Positions 26,440-39,329 of a stretch of 64,000 bases of DNA are shown here, piece after piece. A model generated the notes under the pieces. The model worked only from the letters and a program-made list of their open reading frames with translations, was not told the DNA's origin and did no database searches. This DNA is from Lama glama. Lineage: Eukaryota. How positions within the stretch are numbered: position 1 is the stretch's first letter; each line of letters starts with the position of its first letter. A program made the translations under genes and the position numbers. The stretch spans positions 8,122,001-8,186,000 of the forward strand of contig CM052817.1 in assembly GCA_028534125.1 (NCBI GenBank). Direction: 5' to 3'.

Positions 26440-28250
26440 AAATAATTCACCTGGATAGGTAAAGGCGCGCAAACACTGTCTGCTTGTGAATCCCTGACAA
26501 CTTCATTGCCTTCTACCCAAGGGAGGGGCAGAGCCTCTCGCTTCATTTCAAACCAGCATGGAAAGGGCTTTGAGAAGGGAACCCGGAGGGGCTCCTTCCA
26601 GGTGTGGGCTCAGCCCCACTCTCGCCCGCGGCCTCCACAGGTGGCTCTCCTTGGCAGCAAGGCCGGGCGCAAACCCGCCTGCTTGGGAAGCCTGACTTGA
26701 CCCCCGCCCAGGCTGGCAGGAAGCGACGCCCCTGTTGCAGCGGGGCCCAGTTTGCTCCCATCCCTCAGGGCAAACCGCCGCAAGACCCGAGTTAGGGAAA
26801 TCTCGACCCTCGCACGCTCCCCAGCTGCGTGACCGCTTCTCAGCCACGCACCCTCCAAGCTGGCAGAGGCCTGGTCGCCGGATTGGGTGCAAAGATGCTC
26901 GCCCGAGCGCTCAGAGCCAGGGCAAAGCCTCAGCTCGCGCTGTTCCCTCCGCTGCCGGGACCTGAGGGCGCCTGTGCTGTCCCCAGCCCCGCACGGCGGG
27001 TGCCACGAGACTCCACCGAGCGAAAGCTACTTAGAGGCAGAGAGGGATCCGGGGAACAGGAGCGCGTGGAGGCACGTGGAAGCTGCAGACACCGCGGCTT
27101 GGAGGCCTCGCTGGAGTGAGTGGCTTAAACACAGACGTCTGGTCCCAGGTCTGACCCTCCACGGCTAAACTGTCGCTTCCCCGAGGGCAGTCCTTGACCG
27201 TCCCTGTGCCCCCAGAGCTCCTGACACAGTGGGTCTCAGGACTAGCTGACCGAGCCTAGCCGAGGCCAGACTCCACTCCCCTCGCCTCCCCGCCCCGCAG
27301 CGCTGGGTCTCCCTGTGAGGTCCCTGAACCACGTGCATCAGGACCACCCGAGGGGTAAAAATGCAGATCCTGGGCCCCACCCTCACCCACTGAAACCGAG
27401 CACGCTCCGCACTGAATTTTCAAGAGTGCCCGAAGTCGGAGGCTGGGTGGGCCCTGACACCAACCGCAGCTTTTTCGTTTTGGAAGCGCCTTTGTCTTTG
27501 TTTCAGCTTCTTGAGTAAAGAGACATCATCAGCCTTGTCTTACAGAAGAACCTACAGCAAAAGAGGGTTGCTGGTGCCCACAGCCCCGCGCGGGAAGCGG
27601 CTCTGAGCCCCCAGGGCTCATCCCTGCAGAAGCGCAGCGTCGGACTGGGCTGTGTGCTGCTAGGCTTCCGGAGATTCAACCGCTCCGGCTCCCGAGTATT
27701 TGACCAACTCCCCCCGACCTGCCCCCGCCCTGGCCTTGACTGCAGGCGTTCCAGGGAACTTGGCTGTTCTTGCCTGGGGCAGGAAAGGAGAGACTAGCAT
27801 AGAGGTCAGGGGCGGGATACCGCCAGCTTCACCTTTGGCGCCACTGCCAAGAGGGAAGTAACAGGAGGAGAGGGGGTACTGGCCTGGCTGGTGTCTGTGC
27901 GCCCGGGCCAGGTGACCTCCGCGAGGGCCCAGGCTGCATCCTTCAACCCTATCGCATCCAAAGCACACCGGACCTGCGATCCCTACCCGATTCACCCCCC
28001 TTCGCTCCCGGCCACTGTCCCAGCCAGGCTCCACTCCACTCACGCCTGCCGGCTGCTCCAGACACCAGCCAGGGACCAGATTCCCGGCCTAATCCTTTCT
28101 GTCCGCTGTGCTTGGGGGACACCGATGGGATCACTGCCAGCCTCCGCGCACCCAGACAGACAGACAGACACGTGGTAGAGTCCTGCTTGACCGCGCCTCA
28201 GCCTCCAGCACCCTGGACCCGCCCAGTGTTTGGGGGAGGGGGGTGGTAGG
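26440..28250. promoter_or_regulatory. Orphan CpG island(s) downstream of NKX3-2
   Basis: Abrupt switch from AT-rich to GC/CpG-rich sequence at ~26.4 kb; many CGCG/GCGC motifs; no credible ORF. Confidence 0.7.
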
Positions 28251-28659
28251 GTAAAGGTGAGTCACTGTTGGGGTAGCCTACCAACTGAAGAGCTCGAGAG
28301 TTGAAACCAAATCTGCGTCCTCTGGCCCCCAAGCTGAAAGACCTAATTCACAGACCCCCGTGCTCTCCTTGGGACAGAAGGACAGGGGTTTTGAAGGCAG
28401 GGTGTATCAGGCTAGTGGTCCTGTGTCACCACCATTTCCAACCCTGTGTCCACCTGGGACGCCGGGTAGAAGACCGTGCCAAGGCGGCCTTGGCCACCTT
28501 CTGGCCAGGGTGGGCCCAGCAATTCTGTCCACTGGCACCATTGGTAACACGAGGATAACAGAGGATAAGTGACTCCTCTTTCCACAAACATTAAAGAAGA
28601 CTACCAGATGTTAGGCACCGTTCTGGCCTCCAGGGACAGCAGAAAGCGGCACAGAGGCG

Positions 28660-28820
28660 TGGTAAAAACATGAGCTGTCAAGGTTCAAATCCGGGTTCCA
28701 CCGCTTGGTTAACTGCAGAACCAGAGAAAAATTCAGTCCTTTGTACCTCACTCCTCTTAACTGTAAAAATGGGGATGATGATACATCCCTCATAGAATGG
28801 ATGTGACAAATTTTTTAAGG
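28660..28820 (+). mobile_element. MIR SINE
   Basis: ggttcaaatccgggttccaccgct...cctcttaactgtaaaaatggggatgatgatac. Confidence 0.7.
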
Positions 28821-28949
28821 GTCAGAGATAGATAGCTTGTCATGGTTGCTGACCCCTAAGGAAAGCTCAACAAACTCTAATCCTTTTTCAAAGTGCACCG
28901 TGATGTCCACCTTTCAGTAAATATCAGAGGGAAGGGATGTAGACGTGAA

Positions 28950-29270
28950 GATGTGCACCCTGGGCGCTCAGGCGGATTCCAAATCTCGGCTCCTGCCTGC
29001 AGGACCAGAAAGCCGAAAGCACAGAAGCCCCGCCCGCTCTCCCTGGCCTCGGGGTCCTGGCTGTGAGCTGGGAAGATCCAGCAGCGCTCTGGGCACACGG
29101 CGGCGGACCGGACGGGATGCCGCAGAACTCGCCGCCCGCGCAGACGCGGAGCGCCCGAGAGAAGCTGCAGCAGGTGCCGCTGCTGCACAGATCTCCCCAG
29201 CCTTTCTGAGCACAGACGCTGGGCACTGGGGAGCCCGGGAAGCAAGCGCCAGGAGACCAAGGCCACGCAC
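28950..29270. promoter_or_regulatory. Small orphan CpG island
   Basis: CpG-dense stretch (cggcggaccggacggg...gccgcccgcgcagacgcggagcgc). Confidence 0.6.
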
Positions 29271-30199
29271 CCTTCCAAGTGAACCCCTAGGATAGACTCC
29301 TATCTGAGGGAGTTTCCAGTAGAAAAGGTTTCTCAGCCTCAGAATATCCTTCAGTGAAATGGACAGAAGTTGCACCACAGGCTTTTAAAAGGCTTAAAAA
29401 TGCACTGCGCGTCTTCTTGTGAATATATCCCGGGAGGTCCTGCTCAGGCCGTTTTATTTCAGGCATTTATGATCTGACTTAATAATAGGGGCTCCCACTT
29501 ATTTTCCAGTACTGTGTGCTAGGCATACTGCCAAGTATTTTACATGCTCTAATTCTAAATGTACAAAATACACAGGCTGAAGCCTGTGGGCCTTTTAGTA
29601 CCTTGCGGGCACATTGTAAGTGGTTCATAACATCTAGTAAGTAATCAGGATTTCTGATCCAGACTGTCTTCCAGAAGAGCAGTTTGTGAACTCTAGAGGA
29701 ATTCTGCCCTTCTGCTAGCATTTTATGAAGGACTAAGCAGCAAGTGCCCCACTCGATCAGACTTAAACCCTCCCTGTCTGCCCCACCCGCAGACCTGAGG
29801 AATCGCTATGGGAACATTAGCATCGCATTTTGTTCTCTTTGAATGGACTGAGCAGCACAGGGCACCATAGGCTGCAGTCTCTCTTCCAGTGGATCCACAA
29901 GCACACATCCGACTTAAGTCAAGAGCTTGCTTGCTCTGCCAACCAGCTCCAAAGTCCCTCCCTTATTCTGGAATCTCTGCTGCGAAGTGAAAATTGTTAT
30001 CCTCCTTGGGGAAGTAGCAGCTGGCTCAAAGAGGTTGTCATTGGGGCAAGGTCACCCAACTGTGAGTGGTCATGTCAGTCGTGGATTCAGATCATCCCTA
30101 AAGTCCTTGGCCCTGAGCAATCATACCTGGTTACCAGAGCATTAACCAATTATGGCATCTCCCTCTATACTGGCAGTGTCTGTAAGGGCAGTTAATATA

Positions 30200-30760
30200 C
30201 AACAAGGAATAAGAGCTAACAGTATTGAACTCTTACTAAGTCTCAAGCAGTGAGATAAATGCTTCACATCTATTTTTTTAATTCATTTAACAGAGAACAA
30301 ACTGAGGCACAAAGAGATTAAGTATCCGTTAATTTAGGCTCACCTGGTTAGTAAGTGGCAGAGCTGAAATGGACAGCCAGGCCCCTGACAAACCTCCAAA
30401 CTGCTGTTCCAGGCAACCCTTAAAGCATCTCTTTGCAAGTCTCTTTAGGTTCCATTGGTCTGTGATAGCCTTTATATTTGCTTGTTTAAATATGAGCAAA
30501 GATCTTAGATTCCTTCTACATGAGCCATGATGTCTTTGAAAACAACAAACACATATTGATTTCTTTGTATATGTCAGGCACCAGTAACAGAGTGCATAGT
30601 ATATACCTGGCACTCTTCTAAGCCATTTACAGGTTTTAACTTAATGCTTAGCAAAGCCTTATGAGGTAGGTCCTTTGGGTACCCCCAATTTACAGATGAG
30701 CATATTGAGGTCAATGTCATACAGCCAGCAAAATGAAGAGTTGGGCTTGACTCTCAGGGA
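30200..30760 (-). mobile_element. Two MIR fragments (30200-30380, 30570-30760)
   Basis: gagaacaaactgaggcacaaagagattaagt; cccaatttacagatgagcatattgagg. Confidence 0.7.
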
Positions 30761-31419
30761 CTCTGGCCTGTAAATGATGCTTTACTGGATGTGAAAATGA
30801 GAACTCCCTTTGCTCAGAAGCCTCTGCACCACTATCTACCATCTCTTTTATTCCCTATTAGAAGGATGTCCCGTTGGAGGTTCTCTGCTGAACTAAAGCC
30901 TTAAGCAACCTAAAGAAAAGAAGAGGGCCACGCTTTCCAGTCTCCAAGTTAGTAAAACAAGCAGGCTATGTAGGTTTGAGCCCTGCAGATTTTGCCTGGA
31001 GCCTGAATGATGGAAAGGGGGCGGGGGCGTGGCTCTCTACAACCTCTGGGCAGCCCCATTAGGTAACTACTCATTATATACCTTTTTGGTAACAAAATGC
31101 TTTCACAAACGACCCTTCCTTTGCATCCTACGTTGAGGAAGGTGGCCGGGGAATTCGTTGTTCTCTCACTTTTCGTAAGGAACCAAAATCCAGAATCTCT
31201 GTGGACATGATCCACTTTGGCTTCAAGCCGGCCAAAGGCATGGGCCAGGCTCCTAGTTTATCCTGATAGTCAATTGTCTTCAGCCTCCCTCCCTGAAAGT
31301 CTCCAACTTACTTGTGTCTAAAAAATGTATTACCAATACATTTCTTTTTAATTAACAAAGGTGGACTTTGGGAGTAGGGTGGAATAGATGTCACAGAGAA
31401 GCCAGCTGCTTTAGCGTTT

Positions 31420-31990
31420 ACACCCCACGGCCTCCCCGGGCATCTCAGAAGGTACTGAGTTGGAAACAACAATCGAGGCTGCGGTAGTGACCGACCGTGG
31501 TCCCAGCAGACCTTAGGTGCCGAAAAAGGCGCCCTGCGTGGCGCGATCCTGGGGACCGTGGGGCAGACGCCAGAGGAGGCGCAGCGCGGAGCCGGGTGCG
31601 CCCGGGCAGGCTGGTGCGTGGATAGCGGGGATGGGGCAACGTGGAGGCTGAGACCCGAGCTCAGCTTTCAGACCTCGGCAAGAGATTTCTCCAGCTCCCC
31701 GTTTCCGGGGTGAGTGCCAGCTGCTCCGTTTCCCTGCCAGGTCATCGCTGCTTCTGGTCAAAGAGGAGCGTGCTTAGATCTGAGCCGCGGCGTCCATAAA
31801 CTCTCGAGGTCCCTCGCGGACCAGACTTCACAGAGAGCGCCCAGGATCCGTCCGCGACTTCTCTGCGCTCGCGCCACCCTCGGCTCAGGCCCCCACACGG
31901 ATGACAGAAAACCTTCACGGATTCACCCGCACCCCCTAGGGATGCTCGTGGCTTCCTTGCCTGACTAGGGTGCGTCTCTCAGCACCAGGG
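31420..31990. promoter_or_regulatory. Orphan CpG island
   Basis: CpG-dense stretch with no coding signature. Confidence 0.6.
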
Positions 31991-33609
31991 GCGTTCCCCT
32001 GTCCACCGTGGGAATGGTATAGAGGCTTTTCCGGATTGAGTGGGATGGAGCCCCAGCGAAGGTCCCCAGTGCCTAGACAGGAGGCCTCTACCAGCGTCTC
32101 AACCATGTTCGGAGGTGGGCTCTTCACCCTTGCCATACTGAGGATGAATCTGAGGTTCTGTGACATATTCCAAAGCAGGGTTAGTAAATTCTGAGCAGAC
32201 ACTCCTGCCCAGTGGACCCTCGTGCTTCCCTACAACAAGCGCATCGCTTTCTGTTAAGCCCCTCAGGCCTGGGTGGTGAGCCCCTGGTGGAGGGAGTCCA
32301 CCTCTTCACTTCTCTGTCCTCAGAGCCTCGCTTAGACCACCGGCGACTGGAGTGTGGGTGAGGGGAGTGGCACAGAGGAAGTGACTCCTATAGCAGACTG
32401 GGGAACGTTGGCCAATAGTGGGGTTCGCTGGGCCCCCAGTCCTCTATAGGGAACAGGAATTGGGCATGGCCATTGGAGTTTTAGTCGCAACTTTCTGCCT
32501 GTTGGCCTCGATTTTCTCACACCCATGATGGGTGAGTGGTCAAGGTGAATTACATCACCTTAGAAAGAAGTTAAGAGCAGGGACACTGGGCCTGACTCCT
32601 CTACCAGCACTGTGATCTTGGGCAATTTGTTTAACCAATTTGAGGTACCTCAACTTCTTCCTATGCACTAGCTCTCCTCTTTTTTTTTTTTCTAGAAAGC
32701 TTTGCCTCCCTGATGCTTCTGAGACTTGTAATAAAATGACAAGCCAAGTCTCCCTTTCCAGGGCTGAGGGACACTCACTGCTGCGGAACGCCATGGTTTT
32801 GAGAAAAAATTTGTCCTCCAATGACCACCTGGGAGATCTTGGACACATGGCACTCCCCTCCCTGCTCCGTCTGTGTCCCCAACTGTAAAATGGGTCCCTG
32901 AAAATTCGTGTCTCTGAGGCCCCTTCCACGTTCCGATTTTTGTCACTGGTGGTTCGTTGAACACCTCATGTTGGAGGGAGGGGCCGGGAAGGCTGGGGAG
33001 CCAGCTGAGACCAGTCCATCCCTGGGGCCGCTCCGGCTCCACCCCTTTGGGCTCTGCTGAGGGGGTGGGTGGAAGCACCACACCGCAAGATCTCGGTCAC
33101 ACGGCGGCGGGGAGGGAGGACCGAGGGGCCCNNNNNNNNNNNNNNNNNNNNNNNNNNNNNNNNNNNNNNNNNNNNNNNNNNNNNNNNNNNNNNNNNNNNN
33201 NNNNNNNNNNNNNNNNNNNNNNNNNNNNNNNNNNNNNNNNNNNNNNNNNNNNNNNNNNNNNNNNNNNNNNNNNNNNNNNNNNNNNNNNNNNNNNNNNNNN
33301 NNNNNNNNNNNNNNNNNNNNNNNNNNNNNNNNNNNNNNNNNNNNNNNNNNNAACTACAAATATACAGGCCTCGCCTTCAGAAGGCCGAACAGCGGCCCCT
33401 GGGCAGAAGCGGGCCAGAGAGGGGTGTTTTCTTAATAGGAAACCACCCAGAGAATTACTACCCACTTTCTCACTCCCCAGGGGATTCCTCCCGCTCTCCT
33501 CACTGCCAGGACCCCACCCTAGGAGTGGGAGTGGGGTGCAGGAGTGTCACAGGCGGTAGCTGGAAGCTTTGAAGTCCTATAGACTCCCTGAGCGAGTCCC
33601 CTGCCCAAC

Positions 33610-33745
33610 CTTGGCAAGCTACGTGACCCTGCCCCAGTCACTTGACCCTCCTGAACTTCGCTCTCTCATCTGTAAAGGGGGGATAATCCCACCCACTTCA
33701 TGGGATTCTCCTGGGGGTTAAATGAGATCAAATGTGGTTAGAGCA
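33610..33745 (+). mobile_element. MIR SINE
   Basis: gtcacttgaccctcctgaacttcgctctctcatctgtaaagggggataat...gggttaaatgagat. Confidence 0.75.
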
Positions 33746-34649
33746 GAGCAGTAGAAGCTCTTTGGGCCTGTGTGCCTCCTTTCCCCTTCCTGGGGCTCCC
33801 AGTCTCTGCTGCTGGGGACCCTGGGGTGGAGGCTCCAGCGCCTGTTGGGAGGTGTTGGGGATGGGGGTTGAGTGGAGGGAGCTGAGAGGCTCTTGCCATT
33901 CAGGCCCCGAGAAAGGAAGCTGGAATCTTCAAAAAGCAGAGAAGAGTGAACTGACAGCAACTGACGTGCCTTTGGTAGACTTCACACACCCCTTCCTATC
34001 ACAATGCCCAGGAAGAGGGGCACTGAGTCCTCCACCCTGCCTCCCCAGGCCTGCGCAGCCAGCCAGCCACCAGCCCACAAGGATCCACGATGTCACCAGG
34101 AACCACACTGTCACCAAGGAGAGGTGTATAGTAAGTGGAAACTAGGATAAGAAGCTCTCCTCTACAGGCTGTCTCAGCCCACCCCTGCCCCTAGACAAGA
34201 GAGCAATTTATCTATCCCTAGATGCGTCCCCAGGAGGGAGTTTGGGGGAAATCCTATTCCTTCTGCAGATGGAAAAGAAAGGGGAAAGACCAGGGTGACA
34301 GTCTAGGAAGGCTGGTTTCTTTCAGCCCTGTACCCTTATCACCACTGAGGGTTTGCTGTGTGCCAGCACCAACTCCCAGGGCTTTGCCTACATTATTTCC
34401 TCTTATTTCCCAGCAAACCTACATCTCCATTGTTCCGATGGGAAAACTGAGGGCCAGAAGTTAAGGAACTCATCCAAAGGCCATGCAGCTGGGAAGCAGC
34501 AGAAGTGGGAGCCAAGGCCTAACACAGTGCTACCATTAGGACATGCATGGCCAAGGCCAGCTGATCGGGCCTTATCTATTTCTCTTCCTCCTTTGCTACC
34601 CACGCCACCCACGGGAATCCCACCTCTCAGAGAGGTCGGCAAAATGACA

Positions 34650-35370
34650 TGAGCTAAGGAACGTCGGACGTTTAGCTTGGTGCCTGACAGAGCTGACTCT
34701 CTCCGGGCCTCATTTTCCTCCTCTGTAAATGGGCTCCTCGTCGCCGCGGCTCTGCGGTGGGGGGAACAGAACGGAAACGTGGCCAGAGCTGAGTGGTTTG
34801 GAGCCAGACAGTCTAGTTTGAACCCCAGCTCCGCCAGCAAGAGCCGCAGCCTAGGGTCGATCCCAAACGTCGGGTAACAGTAATCGAGCTGCCAGGAGGA
34901 ATGAATGAAATAATTCACGTAAAGCACTTAAGGAAACAGATTAAGCACAAACAGATGAAGCACTAAATAAAGCGCCTGTTACCGGGATGGTGATCGGCCC
35001 GCGCAGGCTTGGAGGATTGCTGTCGAGCAAGGAGAAGCTGCCTTCCCAGCTCCTTCCGAAACTTCACGGCATTTCCAGCGGCTCTGAGCACTAGTGATCG
35101 GATCTCAGACTCAAGACTCCTGAGAGCGCCTGGATCCTGGGGCTGCGCCTCCCAGACCCTCCCGCCTCCCGGGCCTCCCAGGGATGGAGGGGTTGTTAAA
35201 AAGGGCACGCAGAGCTGCCGCCTGATCTCCGCCCTCAGACACTCAAGAGCTGAGAAGGCTCTGAGAGGAACAGAAAAGAAGGGACAGAGACTTAGCCCCA
35301 AACAGAGACGTTCTGATGGAGTCAGAGACGCAGCGACGCGGCCCTAGTGATCTGCGCACGCGGCAAGCGC
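34650..35370. promoter_or_regulatory. Orphan CpG island (region positionally overlapping human LINC01097)
   Basis: CpG-dense, with an NRF1-like TGCGCACGC near 35353. The lncRNA link is recalled synteny only. Confidence 0.55.
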
Positions 35371-38300
35371 TCTTGCAGATATTTGGCATTCCAATGACCT
35401 TCCTTGACTGACCACCGCCACCTACCCCCAAATGACGCCCTGCCCTCACCGGCAGTGCTACTCCACAGCCCGCTTTATCTTCCTTTTGGCACTTCCATCC
35501 CTGTCTCCTACCGGACAGTAAACTCTGCCAGGGCGGGGCCTTTCTTCTCTGCACATAACAGGCACTTAGCCAATACTGCTGAATATTTGAAAAAAATAAA
35601 TGAACGAGGATGAAAAGAAGGAAAAAGAGGCCAGACAACCATCCCACAGCACAGATTTATCTCTTTTAAAAAAAGCCCCCAAATCTCTTTATTTATGATT
35701 CCCATCCGAGCTCTCTTTTGAGGTCCCTCCCTGGCCAAACGTCTGTGTGTAGGACCCCTGTTCTCTCCCTGTGTGTCCTATGGCTGTCTTCCCAAATGTA
35801 CTCTGAGGCTGCATTCTCCTCAGGACTGAACCGGAAGGCAGGACACCAGTCTCCCACACACATGGGTAGCAGCATAGCATGGAAAACAGTTATTTTAAAT
35901 CAAATAAATAATACACATCTTAGGAAAGAATTATTTTCAAGAAATTCTTCTGCAAGTTCTTGTGGACAGAAGGAATTCACTGGAAAGCAGATGAATGTAT
36001 TTCTTTTCTAAATCTGAAAAATCTATGCATTGAATTTATTTTAAAACTGCAACTTCAGTGGCATAGAACATGCAAAACTTGTTGCCTTCAAAGTGTCCAG
36101 TAGGGGTGGACTGCTCTCACTCATTCAGTGGTTTTTACAATCTTTCCACAGTTCTTGTCCACCTCTTACCATCTCTATAATTTTTTTTAAATGGTAAATG
36201 TCCTTGTTTAACTTCACAAAAATTATCAGTTAGGCTACGAGCATTACGTGGCGCCTAATGCCCAGGAAACACGGGGTTCTTGGATTACCCTCTCTCTGCT
36301 GGGGCTGGGGTTGGGAGGGGGGCTAATTCATATTTTCAGCAGCACAGCTTGAACTAGATCTTCATGAAGGACCTGGTTTCAAATCCACACTGTTCGTATG
36401 GAGTTTTGTAGGAGGAAAACTGCCTTTCCTCCTGGAGAATCACAAAGACCTTGAGCTTGAATGCCTGGGCTCAGCCTTTCTAGTGGAGCGCTCCTGGACT
36501 CACCCCCTTCTCCCACTCCTTCTCGTGGAAGCAGAGCTGCCTGCCTTGAGATTCAGCGGAGATGGCTTGGAGAATCCATCCTTGAAACTAAGGTGCAAAA
36601 TAGCAGGAATCTAAAAACTTTCGAGTGCTTACTATGTGTGAAGCCATGAGCTGAGAGTCCAAAGTCCTAACTCTGGAAAGCCGCTAGCCCAACTAGGGGT
36701 ACTGCCAACAGCCCACCCCTCCCGGAATGAGCCCTGGCTGGCTCCTAGACTCTGGTGCAGTCTCTCTACCAGGACCACTGAGGGCTCAGTCTAGCCACTT
36801 GTTTGACCACCTGATCCTCTCCAGGGGTGTCTCCCCATTCACCGCTCTGCCAACCAACTGCCCTCTCCAACCACAGCGCTTGTCCAGTTTTGAAACTGGA
36901 CCATTCCCCTCAACCTGTATATACCGGAAACAGAATGTTTATTCAAAGCATGTTTTTTTTTTAGCCCTTAGCCGGTCAGGTTTTATGTGCATTTTAATAC
37001 AATCAGATTTGAGGTTGAGATACTTTGTGGAATTTGCTGTCAACTAAGTGGGTGCCCGGGTGCCAGGAAGAGTCTTGAGCCTGAGGCATGATAACTTGAT
37101 TTCAAGGCACACCGGGCTCTCGCTCTTGGCAAAGACACTTCTGTGAGGAAGAAGAAACTGGCACAACATTACCAGCCCTGGATCAAGATCATGAATTCTT
37201 AAAGCACTTAACCAAAACATACCAAAGCTCTGAAACTTCTAACCCAGGGACCAAACCCTAAGGAGGCACTTCTTTAAGAATCCCTTTCTCTGGGTGAACC
37301 ACAGCTGTATAAAGCTTTTTAAACTGAATGTTAATAAAATTTTCCACCCCTCTAAAAAAAACTTTGCGAAGCTCAGGGAAGCTCCACTGGCTCTCCTGTC
37401 CTCTGTTAGCTTCAGGCGCACCTGTGGCCATGCACTCAGAGCCCGAGGAGCCGGTGGGGTGTGGCAGCGACAGACAAGGACAAAGCTGAGGCTCCTGGTT
37501 CTTATTTAGGAGTCCCATCCGTATGTATTGAATGTCAAAGAGCGACAGACCTTGCACTAGGCACTGAGGGCCACTGAGGGGGCAAGCCCTCCTGGCCCCT
37601 TGTCTCAGAGGTCCCTAGGCCAGGCCAGAAGACACTGGAGCATGACACTGAGCCAAATATCACCTATCACCACTACAAGTAATCAGGACCAGGACGGCGG
37701 GTCTGACTCAGAAGGGATTTTTAATCGAAACTTGCCGGGAGGGTTGCCTCGGGAAAGGCCTGCAATCTGTAAGTTGAATACAGAAAGATACTGAGCCTCT
37801 CCTGACGACCAGGAGAGGTCGTCCCAGAGCCCACTTTTTTGCTCACCTGCCCTGTGTCCTGGCGTGTCTCTTCCCTACTCTTCCTCCCCACCTTGTCTCT
37901 ATGTGTCTCTACCTTGTTTATCACAATCCTGGGGGCCAAGGACTCATCACTCAACTTTTCCCAGAAAGAGAAGGAAGGGTGGCATCCTGGGCCTTCTTAA
38001 AGAGGAGGGAATCCTGGACATCGGTCACCCTGGTGACACCGGGTCCGGGATGTGCTGGACCAAGCTTGGATGCTGGCCCACGCTAGCAGGTGCCACAACA
38101 CTTGAGCAGGGGGGAATGTCAATTCCACCAGCACCCTTTGCAAAAACACTGCAAAAATGTGCTAAAGCAAGACAAACCCTCAGACCTGAGGGTCCTTGGA
38201 ATCTGTGGGGACAATTCGGGGTCATATGTAGGGTCACTCAAGCTCCTTTGTGACTTCTGACCCCATGTAGCCCTATATCCTCCCATGGCCGCAGTCTTGC

Positions 38301-39329
38301 TAATGGTGCACAGCAAGGCGTGGACCAGCCAGGGACACCCGGGTCCAGAGTTGGCACTGTGGGGCTGCCCAGCTACCCCCGCCTGTCCAGCCCCCTGTGC
38401 CAAGAGCGGCAGCACCATCGAGCTGGTGTGCTTGTTGGTGCTTAAAAATCCCCGGCTGCGCAGCTCGGTCATGCCACCAAGGGAGGCCTCGGAGTGCACA
38501 AGGGAAGCCATTCAAAATGTTAATAAGCTTATTAAAATAAGCGGCTTTACTGGCTCTTGTTTTACAGCGGGCTGCCCACCGTTGCTTTCTGGTGGACTAA
38601 GGGAGAGAAAACACTTGTGGTATTAATTTTTTTTCTTAAGGTGTTACATTTTCCATCGAAGGACAGGGGACTCTCTGGAGCTCAGCAAGGCCACAGAAGC
38701 AGAATAGCCTCAGGTCTCCTCCCTCCCAAGCTTGGTGGGTGGGGAAAAGTCCTTGCAGAGAAAAAGCTGGACTTTTCAAAACTGCTGACCACCCAGGCCG
38801 GGGAAGCAGATAAAGGAGGCCCAGAGATAATGACTTTGGGGAGGCCTGTAGATGGCACTTTGGGGGACCCAAATTCTTTTAAAAAATACCGCCCCCAAAA
38901 AAACTGCTCACAAAGGGCATGGCATTATTTAAAGTAAAAAGTAGAAAGATTCTGTCCTTGCTTCCACTCCAAGCCAGGGGTGAGTGTAGACCCCAAACAC
39001 TACCTAGAAGTCTTAAGGAGCATCTCACAACTTTCGTTTTGTTCCTTCTTTTTATTTTTTAAAATAGAGATTCTGAGAAGAGAATCAATTGCCTAAGATT
39101 CATCAAGTGAGCGGAAGAGCTACTTCCCACCTACGGACTCCAGGCCTGGAGCAGAATCACTTTGTGGATCTACGGGGCCACTGAGCGTGATTCGACCACT
39201 TCCCACCCTCGAGTGTGCAGGCTGGAGAGAAAAGCTCTCACCTTGTGCATCCCGAATTTCCAGGGCCGGGTTTCCCTAAGTGCGGGGGCGCATGTCCAAG
39301 TCACAGAGAGGGCTGCTCAGCCCGGAGGC

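Noticed and set aside
33132-33351. N gap inside a CpG island
   Set aside because: Flanked by G-rich, very GC-rich sequence typical of sequencing dropout; no evidence about hidden content.
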